Assembly (NCBI GenBank): GCA_965243205.1
Contig: CBDEUK010000002.1
Location: 2,240,001 to 2,304,000 of the forward strand
Direction of reading: 5' to 3'
Length of the DNA: 64,000 nt
Source: Gammaproteobacteria bacterium
GTDB taxonomy: Bacteria > Pseudomonadota > Gammaproteobacteria > Eutrophobiales > Eutrophobiaceae
Shown: positions 39,311 to 50,365 of the stretch, piece after piece
Numbering within the stretch: the first letter of the stretch is position 1
Layout: each line of letters begins with the position of its first letter
Made by a program: the position numbers and the translations under genes
The notes under the pieces: model-generated
Databases searched by the model: none
The model's input: the letters and a program-made list of their open reading frames with translations, nothing else
Told to the model about the DNA's origin: nothing

Positions 39311-39757
39311 TTATTTTACATAATTTTCAGCTTTTACTTTGTTAACTTTACCTAATAACTTACGAGCAAAGTCAGTTTGAGGCAATGCGCGTAGTCTTTC
39401 CATATAGACTTCTTTATCACCAGCATCACCAACTACAATCACGCCGTTCATGCCTAAACCAGCATGTGGTAAACATAAGTAACCATAAATACCTGGCTCG
39501 GTTAAAGTAACAGAAATGTTTTTATTCATTTCGCCTTTCCAGCCTTCAACACCTTCAGGTGTGATAACAGATTCACTGTTGTGACCACCGTTTAATTTTT
39601 TGAAGTGTACTGTGTCGCCAGGAGCGATATAAATAATTGGTTTATCAAAAGCGGTCAAACCTTTTGCATTAACATCATGCTCTGCTGCAAAAGCACTGTT
39701 AAAAGAAACTAATAAAGCTAATAGAGCTGAAAAAGAAAAAATACGACTTAATTTCAT
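39311..39757 (-). CDS. pseudoazurin/plastocyanin-family blue copper protein
   Basis: Signal peptide; type-1 Cu ligands HN...C.PH...GM. Confidence 0.9.
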   Translation of the reverse strand: MKLSRIFSFSALLALLVSFNSAFAAEHDVNAKGLTAFDKPIIYIAPGDTVHFKKLNGGHNSESVITPEGVEGWKGEMNKNISVTLTEPGIYGYLCLPHAGLGMNGVIVVGDAGDKEVYMERLRALPQTDFARKLLGKVNKVKAENYVK

Positions 39758-40277
39758 GGGTAATCTCTCCACTGAGTAAAATTATTTTTAATAACCACAT
39801 CAATTTTATTGTGGGTGCGACAATATGCCACAGTCAGCAGTAATTTCACACCCTAGAGGCAAATATATCGACAAAATCACAGAATATTTACCCGATATTC
39901 ATCACTTTTACATTTTAAGATAAAGGCTAAATTGCACTAGTGATGTTTAATTGGAGATTCTGAACGTAAAAAAATTCCATAAAAAATGTTAACTTTTTCA
40001 CTAAACCCATGAATTTAATATAAAAATTGCTAGTTTTATCACTATTTTTCCCTAATTGGGTTAGGATATAGCTATCGATGGTTAAAAAATAACCAATTTC
40101 ATAAGTAAGCAAATCGACAGGATATTTTGTATCAGACAATATTTTGATGGGGCTAGAGTTACGGAGAATACATCAGATATACGTAATCCTGATGGATATT
40201 CGATTGAGATTTTTATAGGTCTATATGTTAGAGAAACAAGACAAAGCTTAGGAATTAGCTGAGTAAGGAAAGATTTG

Positions 40278-41246
40278 ATGAATAAATTTTTAATTTTTTT
40301 AATCTTCGCTGCAGTGATTGTATTAATTGAATGGGATCGTCATTCTAAAAATACACAAGAATTTGAAGAGTCGGCTGTTCAAGAAAAACAAGTGCAGCAA
40401 CATCAATACAGTGACGAAGATTTTGCTGAGATGGAAAGTATTACACCTGAAGGTAATTCTTTGGTGATGCGTTTAATTAAGGCAAACCCTCCGATCAATT
40501 CCGTAGAACAATCGCGTAATGCAACGGTCTTTCTTTCCACTCCTTGGGGCAATTCTGGATCTGGATTCATATTAGATGAACAGTGTAATGCGGTAACGCA
40601 TAAAAAATTATTTGAGATCGATGCATCTAAATTATTAATCGAACGTGAAAGCATGAAAAAATCAATCTCAACCATTCAGCAAGAATTGAAGGAGCTAGAA
40701 CAAGAATATGGTTATGTGTTGGAAGTAGAAGGTACAGGTGATAACTCTCGACGTCTGGATTTAGAAATGCGCCAATTAGCTCGATTAGAAAATAAATTCG
40801 AGTCGCAACTTAAAAAGTTAGATGTCTCGAGCACACGCAACGACTTCAAGGCTGTTTTAATCGATGGCACAGAATACGATATTTCCGGTTATAAACTTGA
40901 TGAAGAGTATGAATTGGCATTTTTTAAACTGCCTGAAAAACACTGTCCTATGGTGAATAAGAATTGCCCTAAGAATTTAGAGACGAATCAACCTCTAAAT
41001 ACGATCGTGAACGGTGTAAATTCTTACTATCGAATGTTAGATGGAGAATATATAGATTCTGAAAACTTGAATAACATAGAGTATTTTTCTATGACAACTC
41101 CGGTCACGCCGAACAATCTAGGCGGCCCTGTTTTAGATTCTCGCGGTAACGTGGTTGGGATCAATTCAAGAGTGACATCAGATGAAAAATCCTATGCTTT
41201 GCCTATGTACTTAGTAGAAAAGGCATATTTAAAGTACCAACCTTAA
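40278..41246 (+). CDS. membrane-anchored trypsin-like (S1) protein with a coiled-coil insert and degenerate catalytic triad
   Basis: GSGFI and GGPVLDSRGNVVGIN motifs, but THKKL, ELA and NNLGGP replace the H/D/S motifs. Confidence 0.75.
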   Translation: MNKFLIFLIFAAVIVLIEWDRHSKNTQEFEESAVQEKQVQQHQYSDEDFAEMESITPEGNSLVMRLIKANPPINSVEQSRNATVFLSTPWGNSGSGFILDEQCNAVTHKKLFEIDASKLLIERESMKKSISTIQQELKELEQEYGYVLEVEGTGDNSRRLDLEMRQLARLENKFESQLKKLDVSSTRNDFKAVLIDGTEYDISGYKLDEEYELAFFKLPEKHCPMVNKNCPKNLETNQPLNTIVNGVNSYYRMLDGEYIDSENLNNIEYFSMTTPVTPNNLGGPVLDSRGNVVGINSRVTSDEKSYALPMYLVEKAYLKYQP

Positions 41247-41339
41247 TAAACCATTACTAAAATCGCTGGGTTTCATTAACGACATCTTATAGAATGCCGC
41301 CCATCTTAATTTACTAATAAATTTATAAGTATTTACCCA

Positions 41340-42347
41340 ATGTTTGAAAATAAAGTTGCTCTTACTGGCATTAAGCCGACAGGAACACCGCATCTAGGAA
41401 ATTTGGTTGGTGCGATTCAACCGGTTTTAGAAATGGTGCATCAAGCAAGTCGCTCATATGTATTTGTAGCGGACTTACATTCATTAAATGCAATTCGCGA
41501 TCGACAATTAATTAAATCTTATACCTATGAAGTTGCAGCGACATTTTTGGCTTTAGGTTTAGATACAGAAAAGGCGATGTTATTTCGCCAATCGGATATC
41601 CCAGAAATTTATCAACTGAATACGTTGTTAATGAATGTAACAGCAAAGGGTTTAATGAATCGTGCGCATGCTTATAAGGCTAGTGTCGATAAAAATGTAG
41701 AGGCAGGTAATGATCCTGATGCTGCAATTAATATGGGATTGTTTACCTATCCGATTTTAATGGCCGCTGATATTTTGTTATACGGTTCAGATGTGGTTCC
41801 AGTCGGTAAAGATCAAAAACAACATGTTGAGTTTGCGCGTGATATCTGTGGTTGTTTCAATCACGCTTATAATAAGGAAGTACTCGTCACCCCTGAACCA
41901 GTTATTCAAGAGATTGCCAATGCGATTCCTGGTCTGGATGGTCGTAAGATGAGTAAGAGTTATGACAATACCATTCCTATTTTTATGGAAGCGAATCAAT
42001 TAAAGAAACGTGTGATGAAAATCATTACTGATTCAAAATTACCAGAAGAATCAAAAGACCCAGATGAATCGACTATCTATCAACTGTATTTAAATTTTGC
42101 GAATGAAGAACAAATACAATCGATGCGACAAGCTTTTATTGATGGAGGTATGGGTTATGGTGATGCGAAAAAATTATTGCTTGAAGCCATCAATGTAAAA
42201 CTAGCTGAACCGAGAGAAAAATATAAAGAATTGATGGCAAACCCAAAACAATTAGAAGAAGTTTTACAGCAAGGTGCAGAACGTGCTCGATATACTGCTA
42301 TAAAAACGATTCGCAAAGTTAAAAAAGCCATGCTTGGTACAGAATAA
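41340..42347 (+). CDS. trpS: tryptophan--tRNA ligase
   Basis: TGIKPTGTPHLGN, YPILMAADIL and KMSKS motifs. Confidence 0.97.
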   Translation: MFENKVALTGIKPTGTPHLGNLVGAIQPVLEMVHQASRSYVFVADLHSLNAIRDRQLIKSYTYEVAATFLALGLDTEKAMLFRQSDIPEIYQLNTLLMNVTAKGLMNRAHAYKASVDKNVEAGNDPDAAINMGLFTYPILMAADILLYGSDVVPVGKDQKQHVEFARDICGCFNHAYNKEVLVTPEPVIQEIANAIPGLDGRKMSKSYDNTIPIFMEANQLKKRVMKIITDSKLPEESKDPDESTIYQLYLNFANEEQIQSMRQAFIDGGMGYGDAKKLLLEAINVKLAEPREKYKELMANPKQLEEVLQQGAERARYTAIKTIRKVKKAMLGTE

Positions 42348-42378
42348 ATTTATTAAGACTATCTTTGGGAGAAATACT

Positions 42379-42660
42379 ATGACGACAGCAACAGCAAGAC
42401 ATATCTTGGTCGATACTGAAGAAGAATGTTTAGACTTAAAACAACAGATTGAAGATGGTACAGATTTCGCGGAAATCGCAGGCCAACATTCAAAATGCCC
42501 ATCTGGTCGTAATGGTGGTGATTTAGGATCTTTTGGGCCTGGTCAAATGGTAAAAGAGTTTGACGAAGCAGTTTTTAATGGTGAAATAAATCAAGTTATT
42601 GGACCAGTTAAAACCCAGTTTGGTTATCACTTATTAGAAGTTACTAGCCGTACCGATTAA
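42379..42660 (+). CDS. ppiC: parvulin peptidyl-prolyl isomerase
   Basis: ARHILV, SKCPSGRNGGDLG and KTQFGYH motifs. Confidence 0.95.
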   Translation: MTTATARHILVDTEEECLDLKQQIEDGTDFAEIAGQHSKCPSGRNGGDLGSFGPGQMVKEFDEAVFNGEINQVIGPVKTQFGYHLLEVTSRTD

Positions 42661-42728
42661 AACTCGGATGGTTATACCAAAACAATAAAAAAGCTTCTTT
42701 AGCTTCGTTTTTTATAGTTGCTATATTG

Positions 42729-42752
42729 AAACCCATCTTAATGATGGGTTTT
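42729..42752 (+). terminator. intrinsic terminator
   Basis: AAACCCATC-ttaat-GATGGGTTTT. Confidence 0.7.
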
Positions 42753-42850
42753 ATTTTATCCAATCTTTTAGATCTCATGTCCTGATATTAAATATTTTCT
42801 GAAAATGGCCGATATATCAGCTTTGGCAGATTTATGGATTATGCAGGGCT

Positions 42851-44155
42851 ATGAACCAACCAGCTGAACAATTGAACGAGTCTGATGCTAATCAAAGGAC
42901 CTACACCATTATGTGTGTGGATGATGAAAAAAGCATTCTTTCCTCATTGAATCGTTTATTACGTAAATACTCTTATAAGATTCTTCTCGCTAATAGTGGT
43001 GCAGAGGGATTGAAATTATTAGAACAGTCGCCAGTGGATCTGATTATTTCTGATATGCGTATGCCTGAAATGACTGGTGCGGTGTTTTTATCCGAAGTCA
43101 GTAAAAAATGGCCGGATACCATTCGAATTTTATTAACGGGTTATGCTGACCTTGAGTCAACTATTACAGCGGTAAACGATGGAGAAATTTATCGATACAT
43201 CAGCAAACCATGGGATGAAAACCATTTGGTCCAGACAATAAAACAAGCTCTGGAGGTTAAATATTTAGAAATTGAAAAAAATAGATTGGCTAAAGAACTC
43301 AGCGTAAAAAATAAAGAGTTAGAGGAATTAAATAATAATCTTGAAAAAATAGTAGATGAGAGAACTGAGAAAATTCAGAAAACCTATAACAAAATCGTTT
43401 CTGTTTTTACACAGATAGTTGAATTAAAAGAAGGCAATGATTTAGCTGGACATTCAAGACGGGTTTCAGATTTAACTAAAAAAATATGTAAAGTTCTTAA
43501 TGTGTCCAAGAAAGAAGAAGTTGACGTTTATTTAGCTTCTTTATTACATGATATTGGAAAAATTGGTATGGATGAAAAGATTGTAAATGAACCATACAAT
43601 CAATTGTCACCGAAAGGAAAAGAAGAATATCAAACACATGCCAGGAGAGGTTCATTATTACTAAAGTCATTACCATTAATTGAGGGTGCTTCACAAATCA
43701 TACACTCTCATCATGAAGCATATGATGGCTCTGGATTTCCAGAAGGTTTATCAGGTAATGATATTCCATTAGGTTCGATGATATTGGCGATTGCCAATGA
43801 TTATGACAATTTAATTATGGGAACAAAGTCGGGCAATAAAATGGAATGGGAGGAAGCGATAGAAATCATAAAAGAACGAAGTAATATTATTTATTCGTCA
43901 ACAGTTGTTGCAGCCTTTTTAAAGGTTATGGAAGAGTTAATAGAATCTGGCGAAACCTATGAAGTTTCAGAGTACATTGTTAGCTCTTCGAATATAAAGC
44001 CAGGAATGATTTTAGCAAGTGATGTTGTGACAAAGACAGATCTATTATTACTATCAAAGAAACAAAAGATCACCGAGAGTATGATAGAAAAAATTCATAA
44101 CTATGAAAAAAAATATGGGGAAAATTTAATCATCACTATTTATAAGGAACTCTGA
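42851..44155 (+). CDS. response regulator with an HD-GYP phosphodiesterase domain
   Basis: REC domain (VDDE, SDMRMP, KPW); LHDIGKIG and HHEAYDGSGFP motifs. Confidence 0.92.
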   Translation: MNQPAEQLNESDANQRTYTIMCVDDEKSILSSLNRLLRKYSYKILLANSGAEGLKLLEQSPVDLIISDMRMPEMTGAVFLSEVSKKWPDTIRILLTGYADLESTITAVNDGEIYRYISKPWDENHLVQTIKQALEVKYLEIEKNRLAKELSVKNKELEELNNNLEKIVDERTEKIQKTYNKIVSVFTQIVELKEGNDLAGHSRRVSDLTKKICKVLNVSKKEEVDVYLASLLHDIGKIGMDEKIVNEPYNQLSPKGKEEYQTHARRGSLLLKSLPLIEGASQIIHSHHEAYDGSGFPEGLSGNDIPLGSMILAIANDYDNLIMGTKSGNKMEWEEAIEIIKERSNIIYSSTVVAAFLKVMEELIESGETYEVSEYIVSSSNIKPGMILASDVVTKTDLLLLSKKQKITESMIEKIHNYEKKYGENLIITIYKEL

Positions 44156-44165
44156 TAGGAGCTTT

Positions 44166-45578
44166 ATGGAACAACCTATTCTCAATGACAATAATTATGC
44201 TGTGTTTAAAAAAGCCTACGAACAGGAGAAATCTAAGTGTTTAAAGCTTGAAAAACAAATAGCTGAATATGAAGAGAAACTAAACAGTCAAAATCATAAA
44301 CCCATATCTAATGAAGTTGATTCTGAGAAACAGAATAAAGCCATTTATTTAATAGAAAATACTCCTGCTGTGATTTATACCTGTGTTGCATCAGGTGATT
44401 TTAAAATCACCTATATCAGTAAAAATGTTGAAAGAATGTTGGGTTATCAAGATGAGGAAGTTTTATCTGATCCAGACTTTTGGTTTAACCACATTCATGA
44501 AAATGATCGAAATGAAATTTTTATGATATTACCCAGATTGTGGGAAACAGGGCAACAAGAGCATGAATATAGGTTCTTAAATAAAGAAGGGGAATATGTT
44601 TGGGTACTTGATACATTAAGAATTAGTTATGATGAAGATAAAAACCCATTAGAAGTAGTTGGTTCTTTAGTTAATATTACTAAACGCAAGGCGCTTGAAG
44701 AACAGTTGCAGGAAGAGAAAGATGAACAGGGAAAATTATTAGAACAAATTAATCAAACTCAAACACAATTAGTCCAATCTGAAAAGATGGCATCATTAGG
44801 TCAATTGGCAGCTGGAGTAGCTCATGAAATTAACAATCCAGTAGGTTTTGTTATGAGTAATCTATCAGTTCTTTCTGAATATTTTACTTTATATCACTCA
44901 TTAATTAATAAATATTCTGAAATAGTAGAAAAATATTCACAAACGTCAGAAAAGTTTGCACAAGAAATTAAAGAGATCGAAAAAATTAAAGAGGATGAGG
45001 ATTATTTATTTAAATCAGATGATACTAAAATGCTGATTACAGAATCAATGGAAGGGACAGAGCGAGTAAAAGATATTGTGCATCAACTAAAGTGTTTTTC
45101 ACATGTTGACCAGAATAGTATTTCCGAAGTTGATTTAAATGAAAATATAGAAAACACTATAAAAATAGTTTGGAATGAAATTAAATATAAAGCACAAATA
45201 GAAAAAGAATTTGGTGAATTACCTACACTAAAATGTTTTTCAGCTGAATTAAATCAGGTTTTTATGAATATGTTGGTTAATGCGGCACATGCAATTGAAG
45301 AGTGTGGCTTAATCAAAATATCAACCAAATTAGAAGATGAGAATATTATAATTTGTATTAGTGATACAGGCAGTGGTATTGATCCTGAAAATTTAAAAAA
45401 ATTGTATGATCCATTTTTCACAACTAAACCTGTAGGGCATGGTACTGGTTTAGGCTTGTCTATTTCTTATGGAATTATCGAAAAACATAATGGGAAAATT
45501 GATGTTGAGAGTGAACTTGGAAAGGGAACAAAGTTTACTATTACATTACCAGTTAATAATGATATAAAAAATGATTAA
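44166..45578 (+). CDS. PAS-domain sensor histidine kinase
   Basis: PAS/PAC, AGVAHEINNP, NA, DTGSG and GTGLGL boxes. Confidence 0.93.
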   Translation: MEQPILNDNNYAVFKKAYEQEKSKCLKLEKQIAEYEEKLNSQNHKPISNEVDSEKQNKAIYLIENTPAVIYTCVASGDFKITYISKNVERMLGYQDEEVLSDPDFWFNHIHENDRNEIFMILPRLWETGQQEHEYRFLNKEGEYVWVLDTLRISYDEDKNPLEVVGSLVNITKRKALEEQLQEEKDEQGKLLEQINQTQTQLVQSEKMASLGQLAAGVAHEINNPVGFVMSNLSVLSEYFTLYHSLINKYSEIVEKYSQTSEKFAQEIKEIEKIKEDEDYLFKSDDTKMLITESMEGTERVKDIVHQLKCFSHVDQNSISEVDLNENIENTIKIVWNEIKYKAQIEKEFGELPTLKCFSAELNQVFMNMLVNAAHAIEECGLIKISTKLEDENIIICISDTGSGIDPENLKKLYDPFFTTKPVGHGTGLGLSISYGIIEKHNGKIDVESELGKGTKFTITLPVNNDIKND

Positions 45579-45616
45579 GTGTTTAATCATTGATTAATTA
45601 TTCTGCATATATAAAT

Positions 45617-46819
45617 TTATTGAATAATTGAATCAATACTAATTGAAATGATTTCTTTTGTGTCGGTGGTAATATTATTAGCAATGCCTTGTAAATCACC
45701 TGTACTTGATTTAGCTGTACCTGAATGACTGATTAATGCAATAATATTAACAGTATCAAAGTTTGATAGTTTCATGTTTGGAGTCATAGCCATATCATCA
45801 TTTAGAATAATCTTTTCAGGTATATTCCTAGGATCAATTTTAGCAACTGCTAAAGGCATAGCAGGGCCTGAACTAGCTTTAGCATAAACAAACAATACTG
45901 AGTCGGCTTTAATAAGTTGTTTTAGTTCTTCATCGAGCGTTACTTCTACTGTTAGTTGTTTTATTTCTATTGGCGTATTTATATCAGTTGAAGTATTTTG
46001 ATTTTTAGTCGCGTCTATAATTTTTTGAATGGTTTTTCTTTGTGGAGCATCTTCTGGTATTTGATTCACTAGTGTTTCTAAATAAGCAATCTGTTGTGCA
46101 GTATTCTTTTTATAAGAAGCATCAATTGCGGCTAACCATAAAAGTTTAGGGTGCTCAGGGTTGACTTCTAGAGCTGTGTTTAATCTTTGAGTCGATTCCT
46201 CTGTAGGTTGGTTTTCATTCAATAACATTAATAATTCAATATAATCGGCTTCCATCTGCATATTCGATGGTTCTTGTTTTTGAGCTTCGTTTAGTGCTTT
46301 TAATGCTTCATCAAATCGTTTTTGGTCGCGATAGGTTTTTGCTAAGAAATACCATTGCTCGGCATTACCACCATCGGATTTAAGTTTTTCCTCGAAAGCG
46401 ATCAATAATTGTTCAGGATCTTGTTCTAGATCGGCCATTGTTGGGATATTATTTTGTAATGCTAATTCACCACCGCCGATAAGGAAGTAAATTCCGATTG
46501 CAAGTATGGGCGCTGAGAGAGCTATAAATAAATGGATGGGTTTGTTTGAACTAGATGATATATTGTTTTTAGAGGATGGGTTTTGTTTAAGATCCAAATA
46601 CAGTTGTTTTTGATAACTTTCTAAAATTTCATCGTATTGTTTTTCATCTATATTTTGGTTTTCTAATTCGAGCTCTAATTCATGTTTACGTTGTTTGTAT
46701 AAATCTGTGTATTCATTATCAGATTCGATATTTATAGTGTTGTCTTGTTGAAGTGGTTTATATAAAACTAAAAAAGCAGCCAGAGACAACAGCGCTGAAA
46801 TGAATAAAAATATTATCAT
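45617..46819 (-). CDS. ccmI: cytochrome c biogenesis protein CcmI (TPR)
   Basis: N-terminal TM, TPRs, GPAMPLAV and L.DDMAM.P..LS motifs. Confidence 0.9.
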   Translation of the reverse strand: MIIFLFISALLSLAAFLVLYKPLQQDNTINIESDNEYTDLYKQRKHELELELENQNIDEKQYDEILESYQKQLYLDLKQNPSSKNNISSSSNKPIHLFIALSAPILAIGIYFLIGGGELALQNNIPTMADLEQDPEQLLIAFEEKLKSDGGNAEQWYFLAKTYRDQKRFDEALKALNEAQKQEPSNMQMEADYIELLMLLNENQPTEESTQRLNTALEVNPEHPKLLWLAAIDASYKKNTAQQIAYLETLVNQIPEDAPQRKTIQKIIDATKNQNTSTDINTPIEIKQLTVEVTLDEELKQLIKADSVLFVYAKASSGPAMPLAVAKIDPRNIPEKIILNDDMAMTPNMKLSNFDTVNIIALISHSGTAKSSTGDLQGIANNITTDTKEIISISIDSIIQ

Positions 46820-46829
46820 GAATTAATGG

Positions 46830-47279
46830 TTATTTATCGAGTTTATTTAGGATGTTTTTGAGTTCTTCTTGTTCAGAAGATGATAACTCAGTGGATTGAG
46901 CTTTATGTTTTTTTAAAAAATTAACTAAAAATAAAATACCAAACACTAAGAATAAAATTGGGCCAAACCATAGTAAGTAATTGACAGGTTTTAATTGTGG
47001 TCTGTAAATAATAAAGTCACCATAACGTTGCACCATAAACTCTATAATTTCATCGTTATTTTTACCCTCTGAAACTTGATTAAAAATTTCCTGTCTCAAG
47101 TCATCTGCTAAACCTGCACCAGAATCCGCTAAGTTTTGATTTTGACAAACTGGACATCGAAGTTCTTCGGTCAATTTTTTGAATTGTTGAGTTTGTTCAG
47201 GTGTCTCAAACTCTACGACATCAATTGCCATAATTGAAGGGGATAACAATAATAAAATATATATTATGTATTGTTTCAT
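46830..47279 (-). CDS. ccmH: cytochrome c biogenesis protein CcmH
   Basis: LRCPVCQNQ and RYGDFI.Y.P motifs. Confidence 0.95.
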   Translation of the reverse strand: MKQYIIYILLLLSPSIMAIDVVEFETPEQTQQFKKLTEELRCPVCQNQNLADSGAGLADDLRQEIFNQVSEGKNNDEIIEFMVQRYGDFIIYRPQLKPVNYLLWFGPILFLVFGILFLVNFLKKHKAQSTELSSSEQEELKNILNKLDK

Positions 47280-47281
47280 TT

Positions 47282-47809
47282 TTAGCTATTATTTAACCGT
47301 TGAATTAAAGGTAGCAATTCAGAATGCATAATTTCTTCTGATAACGGCCCAATAATTTTGTGTTGAATAATACCTTGTTTATCTAGAACAAATGTTTCTG
47401 GTACACCATAAACACCCCAGTCAATTCCAACCTTACCTTGTAGGTCAAAAGCAATTTCCGAATAAGGGTTTTTAAATTCTTTAAGCCATGCTTTGGCATC
47501 AACAGCTTCATCTTTATAATTTAATCCAATAAGTTTCACATGATGTTGTTCTTGTAACTCAACTAATAGATGATGCTCTTGACGACAAGCTGTGCACCAA
47601 CTGGCCCATACATTCATTAAGACAACTTCACCTTTAATACTCTCATTACTAATTATTTTATTCGCATCGAACAATGTTGGTAATGAAAATGCTGGTGCAG
47701 GTTTACCAATAAAAGGAGAAGGAATTTTTTTTGGGTCGCCGTAAAGTGCGATTATAAAAAATCCGACTATGACAAAAAAAATAACAACAGGTATGAATAC
47801 TTTTTTCAT
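47282..47809 (-). CDS. ccmG: thiol:disulfide interchange protein CcmG/DsbE
   Basis: NVWASWCTAC and GVYGVPETF motifs. Confidence 0.95.
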   Translation of the reverse strand: MKKVFIPVVIFFVIVGFFIIALYGDPKKIPSPFIGKPAPAFSLPTLFDANKIISNESIKGEVVLMNVWASWCTACRQEHHLLVELQEQHHVKLIGLNYKDEAVDAKAWLKEFKNPYSEIAFDLQGKVGIDWGVYGVPETFVLDKQGIIQHKIIGPLSEEIMHSELLPLIQRLNNS

Positions 47810-49785
47810 TAAGCCAAACTAGCGTTATTAGTTTCAGGATTTTTTACAGATCGTTTTAAGGTATATCGTTTATCAGATAATGAAACGAATCCTGCGATAA
47901 ACATTAATAAAGCACCTAACCATATCCAGCGAATGAATGGTTTGTAGTAGACTCTAATACTCCAAGCGCCATTAGGATCGTCGGTTAATGGTTTCCCTAA
48001 AGAAATATATAAATCGCGTAAAAAACCAGCATCAATTGCGGCTTCTGTCATAGGTGATTGTTGACGTAAATAAAAACGTTTTTCTGGTGAAAGAGTAGCG
48101 ATGACTTTTCCATCTTTTAATACATCAAAGGAGCCGCGAACATATTGATAGTTTGGCCCTTGATTTTCGCTGATACCATTAAACCGATATTCATAGGGCC
48201 CTAATTCATAACTGTTTGATGGAGTCATAGCCAAATCAGTTTCAACTTCAAGAGTTTTTAATAAGGTCACACCAGCAATACAAAATGCAAAGCCTAAATG
48301 CCCTAATAACATGCCATAAAAAGATAACGGTTGTTTAAAGAAATCTCTTATCTTATGTGTTCGATTCTTTAAACGTTCTTTAATTAAAGAAAAACATGAA
48401 ACGACGAGCCAAAGAGCACAGGCAAGCCCGATTAAAGTTTGAATAGAAAAACCATTTACAACACACACGAACATAATACTTATAAAGGCAATAAAGTATA
48501 AAACTAGTAGAAATCTTTTTTTCATATTACTCAATGAATCAGATTTCCAGTTAAGCAACGGTCCAATGCCTGTAAAGATTGCAAGAAACAAAAATAATGG
48601 CACAGTAACGGTATTAAAATAAGGCGGGCCAACAGAGACTTTACCTAAACCTAAAGCATCCAGTAATAGAGGGTAGAGAGTGCCCAGTAATACCGCTCCA
48701 GCAATCGTTACTAATAGAATATTATTAATCAGTAATAAAGTTTCTTTAGAGATTTTATCTGCTGAACTTGCAGAACGAATATGACTGGCTCTTAATGCAT
48801 ATAATAATAATGAACCACCAATCACGATCGATAAGAAAATTAATATTGCTAAGCCTCTTACTGGATCGGTTGCAAATGAATGCACTGATGTTAATACACC
48901 AGAACGTACTAAAAAGGTTCCAAGCAAACTCAGTGAAAACGCCAAGATTGCTAAGAGTACAGTCCAGCTTTTAAATGTACCGCGTTTTTCACTCACGGCT
49001 AAGGAATGAATCAAAGCAGTCCCAACAAGCCAAGGCATGAACGACGCATTCTCGACTGGATCCCAAAACCACCAGCCACCCCAACCTAGTTCATAATAGG
49101 CCCACCAACTGCCAAGCCCGATACCTAAACTCAAAAATGCCCAAGCGGCAAGTGTCCAAGGTCGCGACCATCTTGCCCAGGTTGAATCCAGTTGATTACT
49201 TAATAAAGCAGCAATAGCAAAACTAAATGCGACTGAAAAACCGACATATCCCATATAAAGAACTGGTGGATGAATAATCAAACCAAAATCTTGCAGCAAA
49301 GGATTTAAATCGTTGCCATCAACGGCTGCAGGAATCAAACGCTCAAACGGGTTAGAAGTAAATAGTAATAAACACAAAAAGCCAAAACTTACAAAACCCA
49401 TCACACCTAAAACACGCGCGGTGAATATAGGCGATAAACTGTGATTGAATAAGGAAACAGCTAAGGTCCATAAAGCGACAATAAGACACCAAAGTAACAA
49501 GGATCCTTCATGCGCTCCCCAAACAGCTGAAATACGGTAATACCAAGGCAGAGCAGAGTTAGAATTTTGCGCTATGTAGTTAACGGAAAAATCTTGAGTA
49601 TAGAATCCATAACATAATGCTAAGAAGCCAATTAAGACAAATTGAAATTGTAATAAGGCGGCCGGTTTTGCAACGGCTATCCAATTTGTGTTGTGGTAGT
49701 GCGCGCCCAGTATCGGGACGATGAATTGTATAAATGCAATAACTAAGGCAAGAATGACAGCAAAATGGCCGATTTCAATGATCAT
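47809..49785 (-). CDS. ccmF: heme lyase CcmF
   Basis: WGAHEGSLL and WAYYELGWGGWWFWDPVENASF motifs. Confidence 0.98.
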   Translation of the reverse strand: MIIEIGHFAVILALVIAFIQFIVPILGAHYHNTNWIAVAKPAALLQFQFVLIGFLALCYGFYTQDFSVNYIAQNSNSALPWYYRISAVWGAHEGSLLLWCLIVALWTLAVSLFNHSLSPIFTARVLGVMGFVSFGFLCLLLFTSNPFERLIPAAVDGNDLNPLLQDFGLIIHPPVLYMGYVGFSVAFSFAIAALLSNQLDSTWARWSRPWTLAAWAFLSLGIGLGSWWAYYELGWGGWWFWDPVENASFMPWLVGTALIHSLAVSEKRGTFKSWTVLLAILAFSLSLLGTFLVRSGVLTSVHSFATDPVRGLAILIFLSIVIGGSLLLYALRASHIRSASSADKISKETLLLINNILLVTIAGAVLLGTLYPLLLDALGLGKVSVGPPYFNTVTVPLFLFLAIFTGIGPLLNWKSDSLSNMKKRFLLVLYFIAFISIMFVCVVNGFSIQTLIGLACALWLVVSCFSLIKERLKNRTHKIRDFFKQPLSFYGMLLGHLGFAFCIAGVTLLKTLEVETDLAMTPSNSYELGPYEYRFNGISENQGPNYQYVRGSFDVLKDGKVIATLSPEKRFYLRQQSPMTEAAIDAGFLRDLYISLGKPLTDDPNGAWSIRVYYKPFIRWIWLGALLMFIAGFVSLSDKRYTLKRSVKNPETNNASLA

Positions 49786-49787
49786 AC

Positions 49788-50213
49788 TTATTCGTCTGAG
49801 TTAGCCAAAGCATCGGCGACTTCGGGCGGCATATAGTTTTCATCATGCTTTGCTAGAACTTCTTCAGCTATAAAAGTACCGTCTTCGTTTAATATGCCGT
49901 GTGCCACAATTCCCTGACCTTCACGAAATAAATCTGGCAAGATTCCAGTGTATTCAACTTCAACGGATTGTTTAAAATCAGTTAAGGCGAAACGAACTTT
50001 TAAACTATTTTCTTCTTGTTTGAATGAACCGTTTTCTACCATACCGCCAAGACGAAATTTATAGTCTTTCGGTGCTTCTCCAGCTACGACTTCAGATGGG
50101 CTGTAAAAGAACATTAAGTTTTGCTGAAACGCAGTCAGCGCTAAAGCAACAGCAGTTGCAATAACAATGACTAATAGACTGATATAAATGATACGTTTTT
50201 GGCGAGGTTTCAT
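49788..50213 (-). CDS. ccmE: heme chaperone CcmE
   Basis: LPDLFREGQG and LAKHDENY motifs. Confidence 0.97.
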   Translation of the reverse strand: MKPRQKRIIYISLLVIVIATAVALALTAFQQNLMFFYSPSEVVAGEAPKDYKFRLGGMVENGSFKQEENSLKVRFALTDFKQSVEVEYTGILPDLFREGQGIVAHGILNEDGTFIAEEVLAKHDENYMPPEVADALANSDE

Positions 50214-50365
50214 GACTCGATATCTTTACTGGATTTAATTAGTCGAATGATTTGTTTCATTTTATTTTTAGCAAAAAATACATTACCGATTAATACCACA
50301 CCAGCAATGCCATAAGCGGTCCATACATAAAAACCATAACCACCCATATGAAAAAAATCAGCCAT
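50210..50365 (-). CDS. ccmD: heme exporter protein CcmD (51 aa, below the ORF-track cutoff)
   Basis: MADFFHMGGYGFYVWTAYG...; start and stop overlap ccmC and ccmE. Confidence 0.92.
   Translation of the reverse strand: MADFFHMGGYGFYVWTAYGIAGVVLIGNVFFAKNKMKQIIRLIKSSKDIES

Noticed and set aside
39927-40139. 70-aa minus-strand ORF in the intergenic region
   Set aside because: Non-ATG start, no RBS and low-complexity AT-rich composition.
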